From the sequence record SRR20825006_749: a stretch of 53,929 bases of DNA. One strand, written 5' to 3'. The position numbers were made by a program, and so were the translations under genes. This document shows positions 40,590 to 51,504 of this stretch, piece by piece. The notes beneath the pieces are model-generated. The model was not told where the DNA came from. It ran no database searches and saw only the letters and a list, made by a program, of their open reading frames with translations. Each line of letters begins with the position of its first letter. Position 1 is the stretch's first letter.

Positions 40590-42347
40590 CTAGGCAACCG
40601 AAACAACACGGAACATGCCCGCTTTCATGTGGTACATCAGGTGACAGTGAAATGCCCAGTCGCCAAAGGCATCGGCGGTAATCAACGCTGATACCCGTTC
40701 CCCCGGTTTAACAATAATGGTGTGCTTTCTGGGCCTTAAATCACCGTGGCCGTTTTCCAGTTCCATCCACATGCCGTGCAAATGAATCGGGTGATCCATC
40801 ATCGTGTCATTCACCAGCGTCAGTCTGAGACGTTCGTCTTGGTAGAAACGTATCGGGCCGTCCACTTCCGAGAATTTCTTACCATCGAAGGACCACATAT
40901 AGCGTTCCATACTGCCGGTCAGATGCAGTTCAATCTCCCGGGCCGGTTCTCTTTTGTCCGGCCAGCCGTCGTGACTTTTCAGTTGTGAGTAGGTCAGCAC
41001 CCGGTGATCAACATGCTCGAAACCGACACCGGGATCATCAAGCCTGGATACCGGCTTGTCCACGACCATGGCGGCGCCGGGCCCGTGATTATCAGGCCCG
41101 TGAGAAACGCTGTCGACCGACTCTGTCTGGCTCATCTGATGACCATCATGTTTACCATGATCCATGGCCATGTTCTGATCCCTGTTCATCGCGTTATCGC
41201 CGTGCATGGCATGACCTGCGCCCATGGCTTCCATCCCCCGCTCCACACGCGGGTAGAGATCTGGAATGGGCGCGGTCAGCCCCGGTGCAGATGACAGTGT
41301 GGCACTGACAAAACCGCTCCTGTCCTGCGACTGGGCAAAGATGGTATAGGCGTCGGCGGTGGGTTCGACAATTACATCATAGGTCTCTGCCACACCAATT
41401 CGGAATTCGTCAGTCTTAACCGCTTGCACCGGCTGACCATCAGCGGCGATAACCGTCATTTCCAGACCGGGAATTTTAAGATCAAAAAATGTCATCGCCG
41501 AGGCATTAATCACCCGCAGGCGGACTTTTTCTCCCGGTTTAAACAGACCGGTCCAGTTGCCGACGCTGGCTTTACCATTGATCAGATAGGTGTATTCACT
41601 GCCGGTGACATCCAGGATATCTCGCGGGCTCATGCGCATCTGGCCCCACATTGCGGATTTCTGCCAGGCAGATTGCCAGCCCATCTTTTCTACATCTTCA
41701 AAAAAGTCGGCCACGGTGCGTTGATTGTAGTTGTAGTAACCTTCGGCCACTTTCAGGTTACGCATCACTTCCGCCGGACTGTCAAAAGTCCAGTCAGACA
41801 GCAAAATGACATAGTCACGATCAACGTCAATATCTTCGCCCGCTTCAGGCTCAATGACCAAGGGGCCATAATGACCCAACTGCTCCTGCATGCCCGAGTG
41901 ACTGTGATACCAGTAGGTGCCGTTTTGCACCACTGGGAAACGATATTCAAAGGTTTCGCCGGGCTTGATGCCGGCAAAGGAAATGCCGGGCACACCATCC
42001 ATCTGATAAGGCAGCAAAATACCATGCCAGTGAATCGAGGTATCGACATCCAGTGCGTTTTTAACCCGTAAAACCGCTTCCCTTCCCTCCTTGAGTTTAA
42101 GCAGTGGGGCCGGGATGGTGCCGTTGATGGTGATGGCTTGTGAGGTTAACTGCCGATCAATTTCCAGCGTGGTTCTGGCAATATTGAAGTCAAAGATATC
42201 GGCATTACCCGCTGTTTTTTTGGGGACCAGCGACATCGACTGTTGTTTGGCCAGTGCCGGCATCAATGGGTAAATGCTACTGAGCAGACCTGCTGAAGCC
42301 AAAGCCTGTAATATTTGCCGTCGTTGCTTGTTATGATGCTGTGTCAT
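40590..42347 (-). CDS. copA: CopA/PcoA multicopper oxidase, Tat-exported
   Basis: RRQIL Tat-like motif, IHWHG, WYHSH, HPIHLHG and HCHLMYHM; Met/His-rich insert. Confidence 0.95.
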   Translation of the reverse strand: MTQHHNKQRRQILQALASAGLLSSIYPLMPALAKQQSMSLVPKKTAGNADIFDFNIARTTLEIDRQLTSQAITINGTIPAPLLKLKEGREAVLRVKNALDVDTSIHWHGILLPYQMDGVPGISFAGIKPGETFEYRFPVVQNGTYWYHSHSGMQEQLGHYGPLVIEPEAGEDIDVDRDYVILLSDWTFDSPAEVMRNLKVAEGYYNYNQRTVADFFEDVEKMGWQSAWQKSAMWGQMRMSPRDILDVTGSEYTYLINGKASVGNWTGLFKPGEKVRLRVINASAMTFFDLKIPGLEMTVIAADGQPVQAVKTDEFRIGVAETYDVIVEPTADAYTIFAQSQDRSGFVSATLSSAPGLTAPIPDLYPRVERGMEAMGAGHAMHGDNAMNRDQNMAMDHGKHDGHQMSQTESVDSVSHGPDNHGPGAAMVVDKPVSRLDDPGVGFEHVDHRVLTYSQLKSHDGWPDKREPAREIELHLTGSMERYMWSFDGKKFSEVDGPIRFYQDERLRLTLVNDTMMDHPIHLHGMWMELENGHGDLRPRKHTIIVKPGERVSALITADAFGDWAFHCHLMYHMKAGMFRVVSVA

Positions 42348-42423
42348 ACAAATTATCTTTTTTTGGTGATATCAGGGCTTATTGAGATCTCAATACGTCC
42401 TAGTAAGCTAGCAAAAGCCAGCT

Positions 42424-42459
42424 GTCACCAAGGTGACGCCAAGATGACAAAAATGTCAT
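42424..42459. promoter_or_regulatory. CusR/CopR box between the divergent copAB and cusRS genes
   Basis: ATGACA-AAAA-TGTCAT (42444-42459) matches the CusR box; second palindrome GTCACC-AA-GGTGAC (42424-42437). Confidence 0.75.
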
Positions 42460-42517
42460 GTTGCCTTCATATCACTGTCAGCTTCTTGCTGTCAGGCTGA
42501 CTGTATTTGGAATCAAA

Positions 42518-43201
42518 ATGCGCCTGTTAATCATTGAAGATGACGAGAAAACCGGAAAATACCTGACGCAGGGCTTAACTGAGGCCTCTTTTGTAGTCAG
42601 CTGGGTCCGTCATGGCGTTGATGGTTTGCATGAGCAGGCTAATACGCCATTTGATCTGATTATTCTGGATCGGATGCTGCCGGATATGGATGGTCTGCAG
42701 GTTTTGAAACAGTTACAAGGCCGCGGCACCTTACCACCTGTGTTGTTACTGACTGCCAAAGACAGCATTGAAGATCGTGTTACAGGGCTGGAAGCCGGCG
42801 CCGATGATTATCTGGTTAAACCTTTTGCTTTTGCTGAACTGCTGGCGCGCATCAGAACGCTGTTGAGGCGTGGTCAACAGCCGGTTGCCGATACGCGTCT
42901 GACCTTGGCTGATCTGGAAATAGATTTGGTCGGGCGGCGCGTTTACCGCAACGGCAGACAAATCAGACTGACCGCCAAGGAATTTGCATTGCTCGAATTA
43001 TTGCTCAGACATCAGGGTCAGGTTTTACCCCGTTCCATGATTGCTTCCATGGTTTGGGATATTAATTTCGACAGCGATACCAATGTCATTGATGTCGCGA
43101 TTCGTCGTTTACGATCCAAGATTGATGATGAGTTTGAGCAGAAACTGATTCATACCGTTCGTGGTATGGGATATGTGTGTGATGCCACAGCCCGGGACTA
43201 A
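42518..43201 (+). CDS. cusR: Heavy-metal response regulator (CusR/CopR)
   Basis: [21 protein letters not shown] and [21 protein letters not shown]. Confidence 0.93.
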   Translation: MRLLIIEDDEKTGKYLTQGLTEASFVVSWVRHGVDGLHEQANTPFDLIILDRMLPDMDGLQVLKQLQGRGTLPPVLLLTAKDSIEDRVTGLEAGADDYLVKPFAFAELLARIRTLLRRGQQPVADTRLTLADLEIDLVGRRVYRNGRQIRLTAKEFALLELLLRHQGQVLPRSMIASMVWDINFDSDTNVIDVAIRRLRSKIDDEFEQKLIHTVRGMGYVCDATARD

Positions 43202-44546
43202 ATTCAGATCTTTGTCGCTGGCAGCAAGACAGACCTTGTTGTTTGCCTTGATCATGTTGCTTGTTATCAGCGGCTTGGGTGTGTTTGTTGAGACTGCTAT
43301 TCGTCATCATTTCAAAGTCGGCGACAACGCAGAACTGCAGGCGATTATCGAACGGGTTGAAATGACGCTGGATCAGGGTGGTCATAATCTGACCCAACGT
43401 TTTGAAGATATTCTGATCGGTCATCACCATCCCCTGCTGCTGGTCACTGAGGCTCAGGGCGCTCAGATCTATCTCAGTGATCCCGCTGCAGCAGAATTAC
43501 TTCGCTGGCAAGCCGAGCCAGAAGAACAGCCCCTCACGTTGGAAACGGCTGATAAAAAGCATTACCGGCTGCGTTATCACACATTTAACTCGGTAACGGG
43601 TCAACAATTCCATATCACTGCGGCCATCGCCATTGATTACCATCTGAGTTTTCTGCGGCAGTTTAACCAGAGCCTCTGGCTGATTCTGCTGGTGGCCATT
43701 GTGATATCGACCGTGCTGGGCTGGTTAGCGATTCGATACTCATTACGCCCGCTGTCTGACATCGTAGCCAAAATCCGCAAGTTATCTGTCTCGCAGTTAA
43801 ATGATCCGCTCAATACCGATCAGGTTCCGCGAGAGCTGGCACAGTTATCTGAATCGCTGAATGCCATGATGCGACGCATTGATGAGTCTTTTCAGCGTTT
43901 AGCCGATTACTCCTCGGATATTGCCCATGAACTCAGAACACCGGTAACGGCATTAATGACACAGACTCAGGTGGCACTGACCGCTTCCAGAAATCCGGAA
44001 GAATACCGTGAGGTGCTGTATTCCAGCATGGAAGAATTACAGCGCATGAGTCAGATGATAGCGGATATGCTATTTCTGGCGCAGACAGATAATACGCAGC
44101 GGTTACCTGAAACTGAAATCATTCATCTTGGCCCTGAAATCAATAACTTGCTGGAGTTTTATCAACTTCTGGCTGAAGACAGGAAAATCACGCTTTCCTG
44201 TCAGGGTGATGCGACGCTGTCGGCAAATCGCCTGATGCTGCGAAGGGCTATCGGCAACCTGTTAACCAATGCCATTCGTCATACGGCAGAGGGTGGCTGG
44301 GTGCAGTTAGATATTGAGTCACAGCCATCCGGGATCAATATTCATGTGACTAATCCGGGGGAACCGATTCCGGAGGCGGACAAAGAGAAGCTGTTTGATC
44401 GCTTCTACCGCTCCAGAGACACTGAGAATAAAGGCACGGGGCTGGGCCTCGCCCTGGTGAGATCCATTGTGCAGGCTCATGGCGGACAAATCATGCTGGA
44501 ATCGCACAGCCGACAGACCCGCTTTACACTGCTTTTTCCTCAATAG
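43182..44546 (+). CDS. cusS: Heavy-metal sensor histidine kinase (CusS/CopS)
   Basis: Two TM helices, periplasmic RHHF and GHHH, HAMP domain, DIAHELRTP and GTGLGL. Confidence 0.92.
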   Translation: MPQPGTKFRSLSLAARQTLLFALIMLLVISGLGVFVETAIRHHFKVGDNAELQAIIERVEMTLDQGGHNLTQRFEDILIGHHHPLLLVTEAQGAQIYLSDPAAAELLRWQAEPEEQPLTLETADKKHYRLRYHTFNSVTGQQFHITAAIAIDYHLSFLRQFNQSLWLILLVAIVISTVLGWLAIRYSLRPLSDIVAKIRKLSVSQLNDPLNTDQVPRELAQLSESLNAMMRRIDESFQRLADYSSDIAHELRTPVTALMTQTQVALTASRNPEEYREVLYSSMEELQRMSQMIADMLFLAQTDNTQRLPETEIIHLGPEINNLLEFYQLLAEDRKITLSCQGDATLSANRLMLRRAIGNLLTNAIRHTAEGGWVQLDIESQPSGINIHVTNPGEPIPEADKEKLFDRFYRSRDTENKGTGLGLALVRSIVQAHGGQIMLESHSRQTRFTLLFPQ

Positions 44547-45717
44547 ATGTTGTGTAGTGAATACGCCAGAGGCAAAAGATCCCCACTAGCATACAAACTG
44601 CAGCGAGCCAGAGCGCACCACTGTAACTGCCTGTATGGGTGGATATATAGCCGGCAATCGCCGGTGCCGTGATTTGTGCCACGCCGTAACTGATCGTGAG
44701 TTTGGCCATTGCCTTGGCCGGGTTATGCGGAAATTTGTGGCCGATAAAGACCAGCATCAGACTGACGACCCCAGCAAAAGTCCCACCGAACAGGATTGCA
44801 CCCAGCATGTTGAACCAGAGGCTGTTGCTCAAAGCAGGAATAACAATTGACACCAGCATGATGCTGTAACTGAGGATCAATGCTGAGGTTTCTCCCAGCC
44901 GGTTTGAAAGCTTGTCCCAAACCACACAGGACGGCACGGCAGTCAGTCCTAAAATAACCCAAATCCAGTCACCCCAGCCAGACAGTGCCGGCATATGCTC
45001 AAGAATGGCGACGATAAAGGTGGCACTCACCACATAACCGACACCGGCACAGAAATAGGCGGCTATCATCAGATTCATCCAACTTCTGGACGGCGGCTGA
45101 AAGCGCTTGTCTCCCTGCTGAGACTGACTGACAGGTGCCGGCATCCAGCGCCAGGCTGGAATAAAAAACAGGATGCCGAAAAAGCCCATGACGACCCATT
45201 GCATTGCCCAGTCAAGCTGATGATTCATCCAGACAATCGCCAGACCCGGTATGGCAATGCCCAGGCCGAGACCAGAAAAATGCAGTCCCAGATTACCTTT
45301 GAACTGATGGCGCTTGAGCCAACTCATGACAAAGCCGGCTGCGAGTATGATGCCAGCGGTACTGGATAAACCGGCAATCAGCCTGAGCACGCTCCACAAA
45401 ACTTCATGGGTGGTGAGCCCCATCGCGATGGTGCTGAGTACGGCCAGGACCAGGTTGAGACGGTAAAGCCTGAATTTAAGCTGTAAATCACTTATCCAGG
45501 CGATCAGCATGACACCAAGCAGGTAGCCGACGTAATTAAAGGTTGCCAACCAGCCTCCAGCCAGAGTCGATAAACCGGCCTGTTCCAGCATTAAGGGTAA
45601 AAACGGCGTATAGGCAAAACGGGCAATCCCGACGGTCAGGATCAGGGCGCTGATACCAGCCATGATGACTTTGAATCTGCTCAATTGCGGTGACTTTTTT
45701 GGTGACAAACTATTCAT
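44524..45717 (-). CDS. YbfB/YjiJ-family MFS transporter
   Basis: GIARFAYTPFLP, NYVGYLLG and HFSGLGLGI; about 12 TM helices; 3' end overlaps cusS by 23 nt. Confidence 0.88.
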   Translation of the reverse strand: MNSLSPKKSPQLSRFKVIMAGISALILTVGIARFAYTPFLPLMLEQAGLSTLAGGWLATFNYVGYLLGVMLIAWISDLQLKFRLYRLNLVLAVLSTIAMGLTTHEVLWSVLRLIAGLSSTAGIILAAGFVMSWLKRHQFKGNLGLHFSGLGLGIAIPGLAIVWMNHQLDWAMQWVVMGFFGILFFIPAWRWMPAPVSQSQQGDKRFQPPSRSWMNLMIAAYFCAGVGYVVSATFIVAILEHMPALSGWGDWIWVILGLTAVPSCVVWDKLSNRLGETSALILSYSIMLVSIVIPALSNSLWFNMLGAILFGGTFAGVVSLMLVFIGHKFPHNPAKAMAKLTISYGVAQITAPAIAGYISTHTGSYSGALWLAAVCMLVGIFCLWRIHYTTSIEEKAV

Positions 45718-45818
45718 CAGGCCCTTTTAATCAGCAAGGTTTATGTTGCTTATCATAGTCACTGGCTGTCCGGGCTCAAACATAAAGCCTGAATTTCTTG
45801 CTCATCAGCTGAATTTAC

Positions 45819-46796
45819 TCATGACTGCTGGTCTGCCTTGACCCACAAACCCTGAGTTTCAACCACCACAAACCGTGCCCATTGGCGAAAGCTTTCACGG
45901 TCGCAATAAGCAGTTTGATGCAGATTCTGTCCGGCCACCGTTTTGTAGATAATCAAATCCTGCCCCTGTTGACTTGGCTCGGCATCATCAATTACCTGGC
46001 GAACCTCCCATAGGCTGCCAATATTGCCATTACTGTAAAAACAGCCTCGCTCGATGGTTTGCGGGTGACTGATACTCAACTGAGCATGCTGTTTGGCTTT
46101 TTCCAGTAATTCGGTCAGCCCTTCTTCGGTGATATCGACAAAGGAGTCGTGTTCGTGGATCGCCGCATTAAAGTCTTCAGTAGTCAGCACATAATCTGAG
46201 GTTGGCACTAAGCTGCTGTTTTCGCTGTGATGTCGGGTATTGATATGAGCTGGATAACGTCGCCAGGGAAACAGAAAATTAAAGCTTAGTGCAATCAGCA
46301 GCATCACCACCACATTGAGTAAAAGCGGATACAGCAAAAACTGATAACCCATCCCGGTAATTTCATTGCCAGCGATGACCGCGGTCAACGCGCTGGCACC
46401 TCCCGGTGGATGAATGCATCGCAAATAATACATGACACCGACGGCCAGCCCTACCGCTAGACCGGCAGTCATAAAGCCCTCGGGTAACCACTGCTGACAG
46501 CTGACACCGATAAAAGCTGAAATCATATGGCCGCCGATAACTGGCCATGGTTGTGATAAAGCTCCATGAGGCACAGCAAATAACAATACGGCCGAAGCGC
46601 CCATAGAACTGATTATCAACAAACTGCCGGTCAGCCCAATTTGTGTTTGATTCAGCAACCACATTGAAAACAATACCGTCACAGCAATCCCCACTGCCGC
46701 ACCGAGGGCAGAAATCAGTTTTTCACCATGACTGGTCTGGTTTCGTTCGATGCCCAGCCACTGCGCAGCAGTATTTAAATGGGATTCCCAGCTCAT
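45819..46796 (-). CDS. HPP-family membrane protein with an extra C-terminal soluble domain
   Basis: SMGASAVLLFAVPHGALSQPWPVIGGH and CIHPPGGA; probable start at 46796 (MSWE). Confidence 0.88.
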   Translation of the reverse strand: MSWESHLNTAAQWLGIERNQTSHGEKLISALGAAVGIAVTVLFSMWLLNQTQIGLTGSLLIISSMGASAVLLFAVPHGALSQPWPVIGGHMISAFIGVSCQQWLPEGFMTAGLAVGLAVGVMYYLRCIHPPGGASALTAVIAGNEITGMGYQFLLYPLLLNVVVMLLIALSFNFLFPWRRYPAHINTRHHSENSSLVPTSDYVLTTEDFNAAIHEHDSFVDITEEGLTELLEKAKQHAQLSISHPQTIERGCFYSNGNIGSLWEVRQVIDDAEPSQQGQDLIIYKTVAGQNLHQTAYCDRESFRQWARFVVVETQGLWVKADQQS

Positions 46797-46862
46797 TGAA
46801 AGACTCAACTTGCACAACAATGGTGCGATATCATAGCGATCATCGTGTTTGATTACCATATA

Positions 46863-46885
46863 AACAGGTAAATTAAATACCTGTT
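46863..46885. promoter_or_regulatory. 23-bp inverted repeat resembling an NsrR/Rrf2 operator
   Basis: AACAGGTA-AATTAAA-TACCTGTT has the same length and symmetry as the AAGATGYATTTnAAATRCATCTT consensus, with several mismatches. Confidence 0.5.
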
Positions 46886-46912
46886 ATTTGCTGCGCCGCG
46901 CTCCGACATACT

Positions 46913-46929
46913 TTGGCTGGAATCTTGCT
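46913..46929 (+). promoter_or_regulatory. Candidate sigma-54 (-24/-12) promoter
   Basis: TTGGCTGGAATCTTGCT has GG-N10-GC spacing; about 83 nt before the ATG at 47012. Confidence 0.4.
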
Positions 46930-47011
46930 GAGAATTGTGCTGGATCAATGCATTGCTATTTATATAACGCTAGCCTGTGGCCGCGTTGTTATCCAAGTCG
47001 AAATTAAAGGA

Positions 47012-47971
47012 ATGATTCTGAACCTGTTTAAGCGTTTGACGCAGTTATTGCCCCTGCTTTTTTTGCTCGTGTCAGTTAGTGCCTGTGAGGGAGAAAAAGC
47101 GCCCATTCGCGTCTCAAGCCATGTCTGGCCCGGCTATGAATTTCTGTCTCTGGGACAGCAATTGGGTTATCTGCCGCAACAGAAAGTGACTTTGGTTGAC
47201 AGCCGGTCTGCCACTGAGTGTATTCAGATGTTGAAGCAGGACCAGGCTGATGCTGCCACGCTGACCTTGGATGAAGTCTTACTTGCAAGAAGTCAGGGAC
47301 TGGATCTGACGATTATTCTTATCATGGATATTTCGGTCGGCGCCGATCAGTTGATTAGCCGGGAAGTTATCGATTCACTACAGCAACTGAAGGGTAAAAC
47401 TGTCGCACTGGAACAGACGGCGGTAGGCAGATTATTGCTCGCTAAAGCCAGTGAACGTGCCGGACTGAGCCTGGAAGATTTCAAATTGTTACCTGCCACC
47501 ATAGACCAGCATGTCGAACTATGGAGTGAAGGCAAAGTGGATGCCATTGTGACCTATGAACCAGTGGCATCAACAATTCTGCGTCAGGGCGGTCATGTCA
47601 TTTTCGATAGTAGTCAAGTTCCTGAAACAATTGTCGATGTATTAGCTGTAAGAACTGATTTTATTGAGGAAAACTCGGCTATGTTAAATCTGTTGGTCTC
47701 GGGATTCTTCAAAGCGCAGAAACATTTTCTCACTAACCCTCAGGATGCTTCTTATAGAATGTCCGACAGACTGAATGTGCCCAGTCGCGAAGTGATGTCC
47801 CTTTACCAGGGGCTGGAACTGCCAAGCATCGAACATAACAAGAAACTGCTCGCGCCTGCTAACCCGCAACTGACCGAGGTTGCCCGGGATATTCTGCAAC
47901 TTGGTTTATTTCCTGATAACAACGAAACAATGTTGACGAAGCAATTACATAGTGACAAGTTCCTGCCATGA
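47012..47971 (+). CDS. NMT1/SsuA-like solute-binding lipoprotein
   Basis: Lipobox VSAC, WPGYE, TLDE, DISVGAD, VTYEP and IVDVL; no ABC permease nearby. Confidence 0.85.
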   Translation: MILNLFKRLTQLLPLLFLLVSVSACEGEKAPIRVSSHVWPGYEFLSLGQQLGYLPQQKVTLVDSRSATECIQMLKQDQADAATLTLDEVLLARSQGLDLTIILIMDISVGADQLISREVIDSLQQLKGKTVALEQTAVGRLLLAKASERAGLSLEDFKLLPATIDQHVELWSEGKVDAIVTYEPVASTILRQGGHVIFDSSQVPETIVDVLAVRTDFIEENSAMLNLLVSGFFKAQKHFLTNPQDASYRMSDRLNVPSREVMSLYQGLELPSIEHNKKLLAPANPQLTEVARDILQLGLFPDNNETMLTKQLHSDKFLP

Positions 47972-50900
47972 AAACCGATAGGCTAAAGCTCGGTTTTCTG
48001 CTGATATTTATCTTCCTGCCCGGCCTCAGCCTGGCAACAGAAAGCTTTCACCTGGGCATCTTCGCCTACCGGCCGGTTGAGGTCATTGAAAAGCGCTGGC
48101 AATACCTTGAATCTTATCTGGAACAACAGGTCCCCAATTCTGATTTTGTGCTTCATATTCTGGAACTGGATGAACTGGAACAGGGCGTTCAGCAAAACCG
48201 CTTTGATTTTGTTTTTACCAACCCGCGCCATTTCATTCAGATGCGAAGCAAATATCCGCTCTCCGGTGCGCTCGGCACGCTGGTAAGACTGCAGAATGAC
48301 CACCCGGTTTCTGCATTGGGCGGTGTGATTTTTACTCTCAAAGACAATCAGCAAATCAACAGCCTTGCCGATGTGGCAGGCGAAACTATCGCAGCGCCCG
48401 GGGAGGGTTTTCTTGGTGGTTATCAGGCCCCTCTATATGAGCTGCATCAGGCTGGTATTGATATCAGTGAGCTGGATTTTGTCTTCACTGGCTCACCGCA
48501 CGATAAAGTCGTTCAGTATTTACGCGATGGCAAGGCCAGTGTCGGCTTTGTCAGGACCAGTGCGCTGGAGCAAATGGCGGCTGAGGGCCAACTGTTGATG
48601 GATGACCTCAAAATCATCAATCAGCAAAACTTATCTGACTATCCCTTCGTTATCAGCACCCGTCTTTTCCCCGAGTGGCCGTTTGTTGCGTTGCCAAAGG
48701 TGCGTGAGTCGACAGCACGACGGGTAGCCTCTGCCATTCTGGCACTGGAACCGAATCACCCTGTCAGCCAGCAAATCGGTATTTCCGGTTTTACGGTACC
48801 GGCTGATTATCTGCCAGTCGAGCTCTCCATGCGTGAACTCGGATTGCCGCCGTTTGATGTCGAACCGGATGTCAGTCTGATGCAGATCTGGCAGCAACAC
48901 AACATGCTGATTATTGCCCTTGTGTTCACCTCCGGTCTGATTCTGCTTTTGTTACTGATCATTGCCAGGCAGAACTATTCACTCCGACTCAGCGAACAGA
49001 AAGTCACGCAATACCTTAAAGAGATTGAAAAGCGCCATCAGTTTCTTCGCAGTACGTTCTCTGCCATCCCGGATTTAGTCTGGATTAAGGATCCGAAAGG
49101 GACTTATCTCGACTGCAACAGCCGCTATGAGAGCTTTATGGGTAAAGCCAGAGATAAAATCCTGGGCCAGACCGATCACGATCATATTCCCTCACAGCAG
49201 GCCAGTGAGATTCATATTCATGATCAGGAGGTGCTGCGGCTTCGACTTCCCAGCATTCAGGAAGAAGTCTATCGCTTCAAATCCGACGGCCATGAAGAGG
49301 TGCTGGAAATCATCAAAACCCCGATTCTTGATGCCACCAATGAGATTATCGGCATGCTCGGCATTGGTCGTGACATCACCAGCCGTAAAAACGCCGAAGA
49401 GGAACTGCGACTATCGAGAGAAGTGTTCGAAAACACGCTGGAAGGCATTATGATTACCGACCGGGATGGCATCATCGTTGATGTTAACCCGGCCTTTAAC
49501 AAGATCACAGGCTATCAGCGTGAAGATGTGCTCGGGCAGAACCCCTCGATGCTCAATTCCGGCCGTCAGTCTCCTGAATTTTATCTGGAAATGTGGCGAC
49601 AACTGAACGAAGTGGGCTTCTGGAAAGGTGAAGTCTGGAACCGCAATAAAAACGGCGAAATTTATGCCGAACAGTTGTCGATTTCTTCTTTGAAGGATGA
49701 CAACGGCAATATTGAATTCTTCGTCGGTATTTTCTCAGATATCACCCATAGTAAAGAGCAACAGGAACAGCTAAGCATGATGGCTCACTATGATGTGCTG
49801 ACCACCCTGCCCAACCGCGCCCTGTTTGCCGATCGTTTCAACCAGGCGATCATGCACAGCAAACGCAATCAGACATTGCTGGCTATTTGCTTTATTGATC
49901 TGGATAACTTCAAACCGGTCAATGATAACTTCGGCCACGAAACCGGCGATCAGTTGTTGGTTGAAGTCGCTAACCGGCTGCTGGACAGTGTGCGCGGTGA
50001 AGACACTGTATCGCGGCTGGGCGGTGATGAGTTTGCCCTGTTGCTGAATGACATCAATTCCGAAAAAGAATGCATGCGTACCCTCGATCGTATTCTGCAC
50101 AAACTGGAAATGCCGTTCGTGATTAACGATCATTCACATTATATTTCGGCGTCAATCGGTACCACGCTCTATCCACGTGATGATGAAGATGTCGATACCC
50201 TGCTGCGCCATGCTGATCAGGCTATGTACCAGGCCAAGCTCGCCGGTAAGCACCGCTATAACCTGTTTGACAGTCATCACGACAAAGTCGTCACGCAAAA
50301 ACAGCTGGTTCAGGACCAGGTGAAGAAAGCGCTGTATGCTGATGAATTAACACTGTTTTATCAACCAAAAATCAATATGGGCACGGGCGAAGTTGTTGGT
50401 GTTGAGGCCCTGCTCCGCTGGCAGCATCCGGAAAAAGGTCTGATTCCGCCGCTGAGTTTTCTGCCCCAGATTTCAAACACCGAACTGGAAGTCGAAGTCG
50501 GTGACTGGGTTATCAATCAGGCCATCAGACAATTGCATGAATGGTCACAGCAAGGCATTGAAATGGAAATCAGTGTCAATATTGCTTCTCACCATTTGCA
50601 GCAGTCATCTTTTGTGTCACGACTGGCCTACGCATTGGATGAATACCCTGATTTGAATCCACGCCAGTTGCAACTTGAGGTGTTGGAAAGCAGTGTTCTC
50701 GCTGATCTGAATAAAATCCGTGAGACTATCGATGCCTGCCAAAATCAGATCGGTGTCAGTGTGGCACTGGATGATTTCGGTACCGGCTACTCTTCACTAA
50801 CGCATCTCCGTTCCTTCTCGGCAGATACAGTAAAGATTGATAAAAGCTTTATTCAGGATATGCTCGACGATCCCAATGATTATGTGATTGTCGACGGTGT

Positions 50901-51504
50901 CATCGGACTGGCAGAATCCTTTAGTCGTGAGGTTATCGCTGAAGGCGTCGAATCCAGGCAGCATGGTCTGATGCTCCTCGCCATGGGTTGTCATTTAGCA
51001 CAGGGGTTTGGCATCGCACGTCCCATGCCGGCGCCCGAGTTCCCTGTCTGGCTCAAACGATACCGACCGGAACAGAGCTGGCTGGATTATGCCGCCAGAA
51101 CGCGGTCACTCGCTGATAATAAATCCACCTTGTTGAGCCTGACTTTCAAGCAATGGCATGCCCGCTTTATTGCCAGGCTGGATGCAGCACCGGACACAAT
51201 GCTTGACTGGCCGATTATGGATACCAGCCGCTGTCATTGTGGCGTCTGGATTGAAGCCGGTCGCAAAGAGCAACTATTCAAGGCCAGCACCCTGTCAGAA
51301 CTGAGTCTGGCGCATGATGCCTACCACGCTAATGCCAATGAGATTTTTGCCTTGTATCAGGAAGCTGAATTTGACAGGGCAAGGCAAGCTGTTGACAGCT
51401 TCAGCCAAGCCTATGAAAGAATGCTGTCAGCGATAACGGCCTGTCAGGCGGAAGAATTCAACTCGGATAAAGTCGTGGCCGGCTATTCAAGAGGCTACCT
51501 CTAG
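47968..51504 (+). CDS. c-di-GMP signalling protein: PhnD-like periplasmic domain, TM, PAS-PAS, GGDEF, EAL, CZB-like
   Basis: FPEWPF, two PAS domains, RLGGDEF, EALLRW, DDFGTGYSSL and C-terminal CHCGVW...HDAYH; ATGA overlap with the binding-protein gene. Confidence 0.92.
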   Translation: MKTDRLKLGFLLIFIFLPGLSLATESFHLGIFAYRPVEVIEKRWQYLESYLEQQVPNSDFVLHILELDELEQGVQQNRFDFVFTNPRHFIQMRSKYPLSGALGTLVRLQNDHPVSALGGVIFTLKDNQQINSLADVAGETIAAPGEGFLGGYQAPLYELHQAGIDISELDFVFTGSPHDKVVQYLRDGKASVGFVRTSALEQMAAEGQLLMDDLKIINQQNLSDYPFVISTRLFPEWPFVALPKVRESTARRVASAILALEPNHPVSQQIGISGFTVPADYLPVELSMRELGLPPFDVEPDVSLMQIWQQHNMLIIALVFTSGLILLLLLIIARQNYSLRLSEQKVTQYLKEIEKRHQFLRSTFSAIPDLVWIKDPKGTYLDCNSRYESFMGKARDKILGQTDHDHIPSQQASEIHIHDQEVLRLRLPSIQEEVYRFKSDGHEEVLEIIKTPILDATNEIIGMLGIGRDITSRKNAEEELRLSREVFENTLEGIMITDRDGIIVDVNPAFNKITGYQREDVLGQNPSMLNSGRQSPEFYLEMWRQLNEVGFWKGEVWNRNKNGEIYAEQLSISSLKDDNGNIEFFVGIFSDITHSKEQQEQLSMMAHYDVLTTLPNRALFADRFNQAIMHSKRNQTLLAICFIDLDNFKPVNDNFGHETGDQLLVEVANRLLDSVRGEDTVSRLGGDEFALLLNDINSEKECMRTLDRILHKLEMPFVINDHSHYISASIGTTLYPRDDEDVDTLLRHADQAMYQAKLAGKHRYNLFDSHHDKVVTQKQLVQDQVKKALYADELTLFYQPKINMGTGEVVGVEALLRWQHPEKGLIPPLSFLPQISNTELEVEVGDWVINQAIRQLHEWSQQGIEMEISVNIASHHLQQSSFVSRLAYALDEYPDLNPRQLQLEVLESSVLADLNKIRETIDACQNQIGVSVALDDFGTGYSSLTHLRSFSADTVKIDKSFIQDMLDDPNDYVIVDGVIGLAESFSREVIAEGVESRQHGLMLLAMGCHLAQGFGIARPMPAPEFPVWLKRYRPEQSWLDYAARTRSLADNKSTLLSLTFKQWHARFIARLDAAPDTMLDWPIMDTSRCHCGVWIEAGRKEQLFKASTLSELSLAHDAYHANANEIFALYQEAEFDRARQAVDSFSQAYERMLSAITACQAEEFNSDKVVAGYSRGYL

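Noticed and set aside
44524-44546. 23-nt convergent overlap of cusS and the MFS gene
   Set aside because: Short tail-to-tail overlaps are common, and both proteins look complete.
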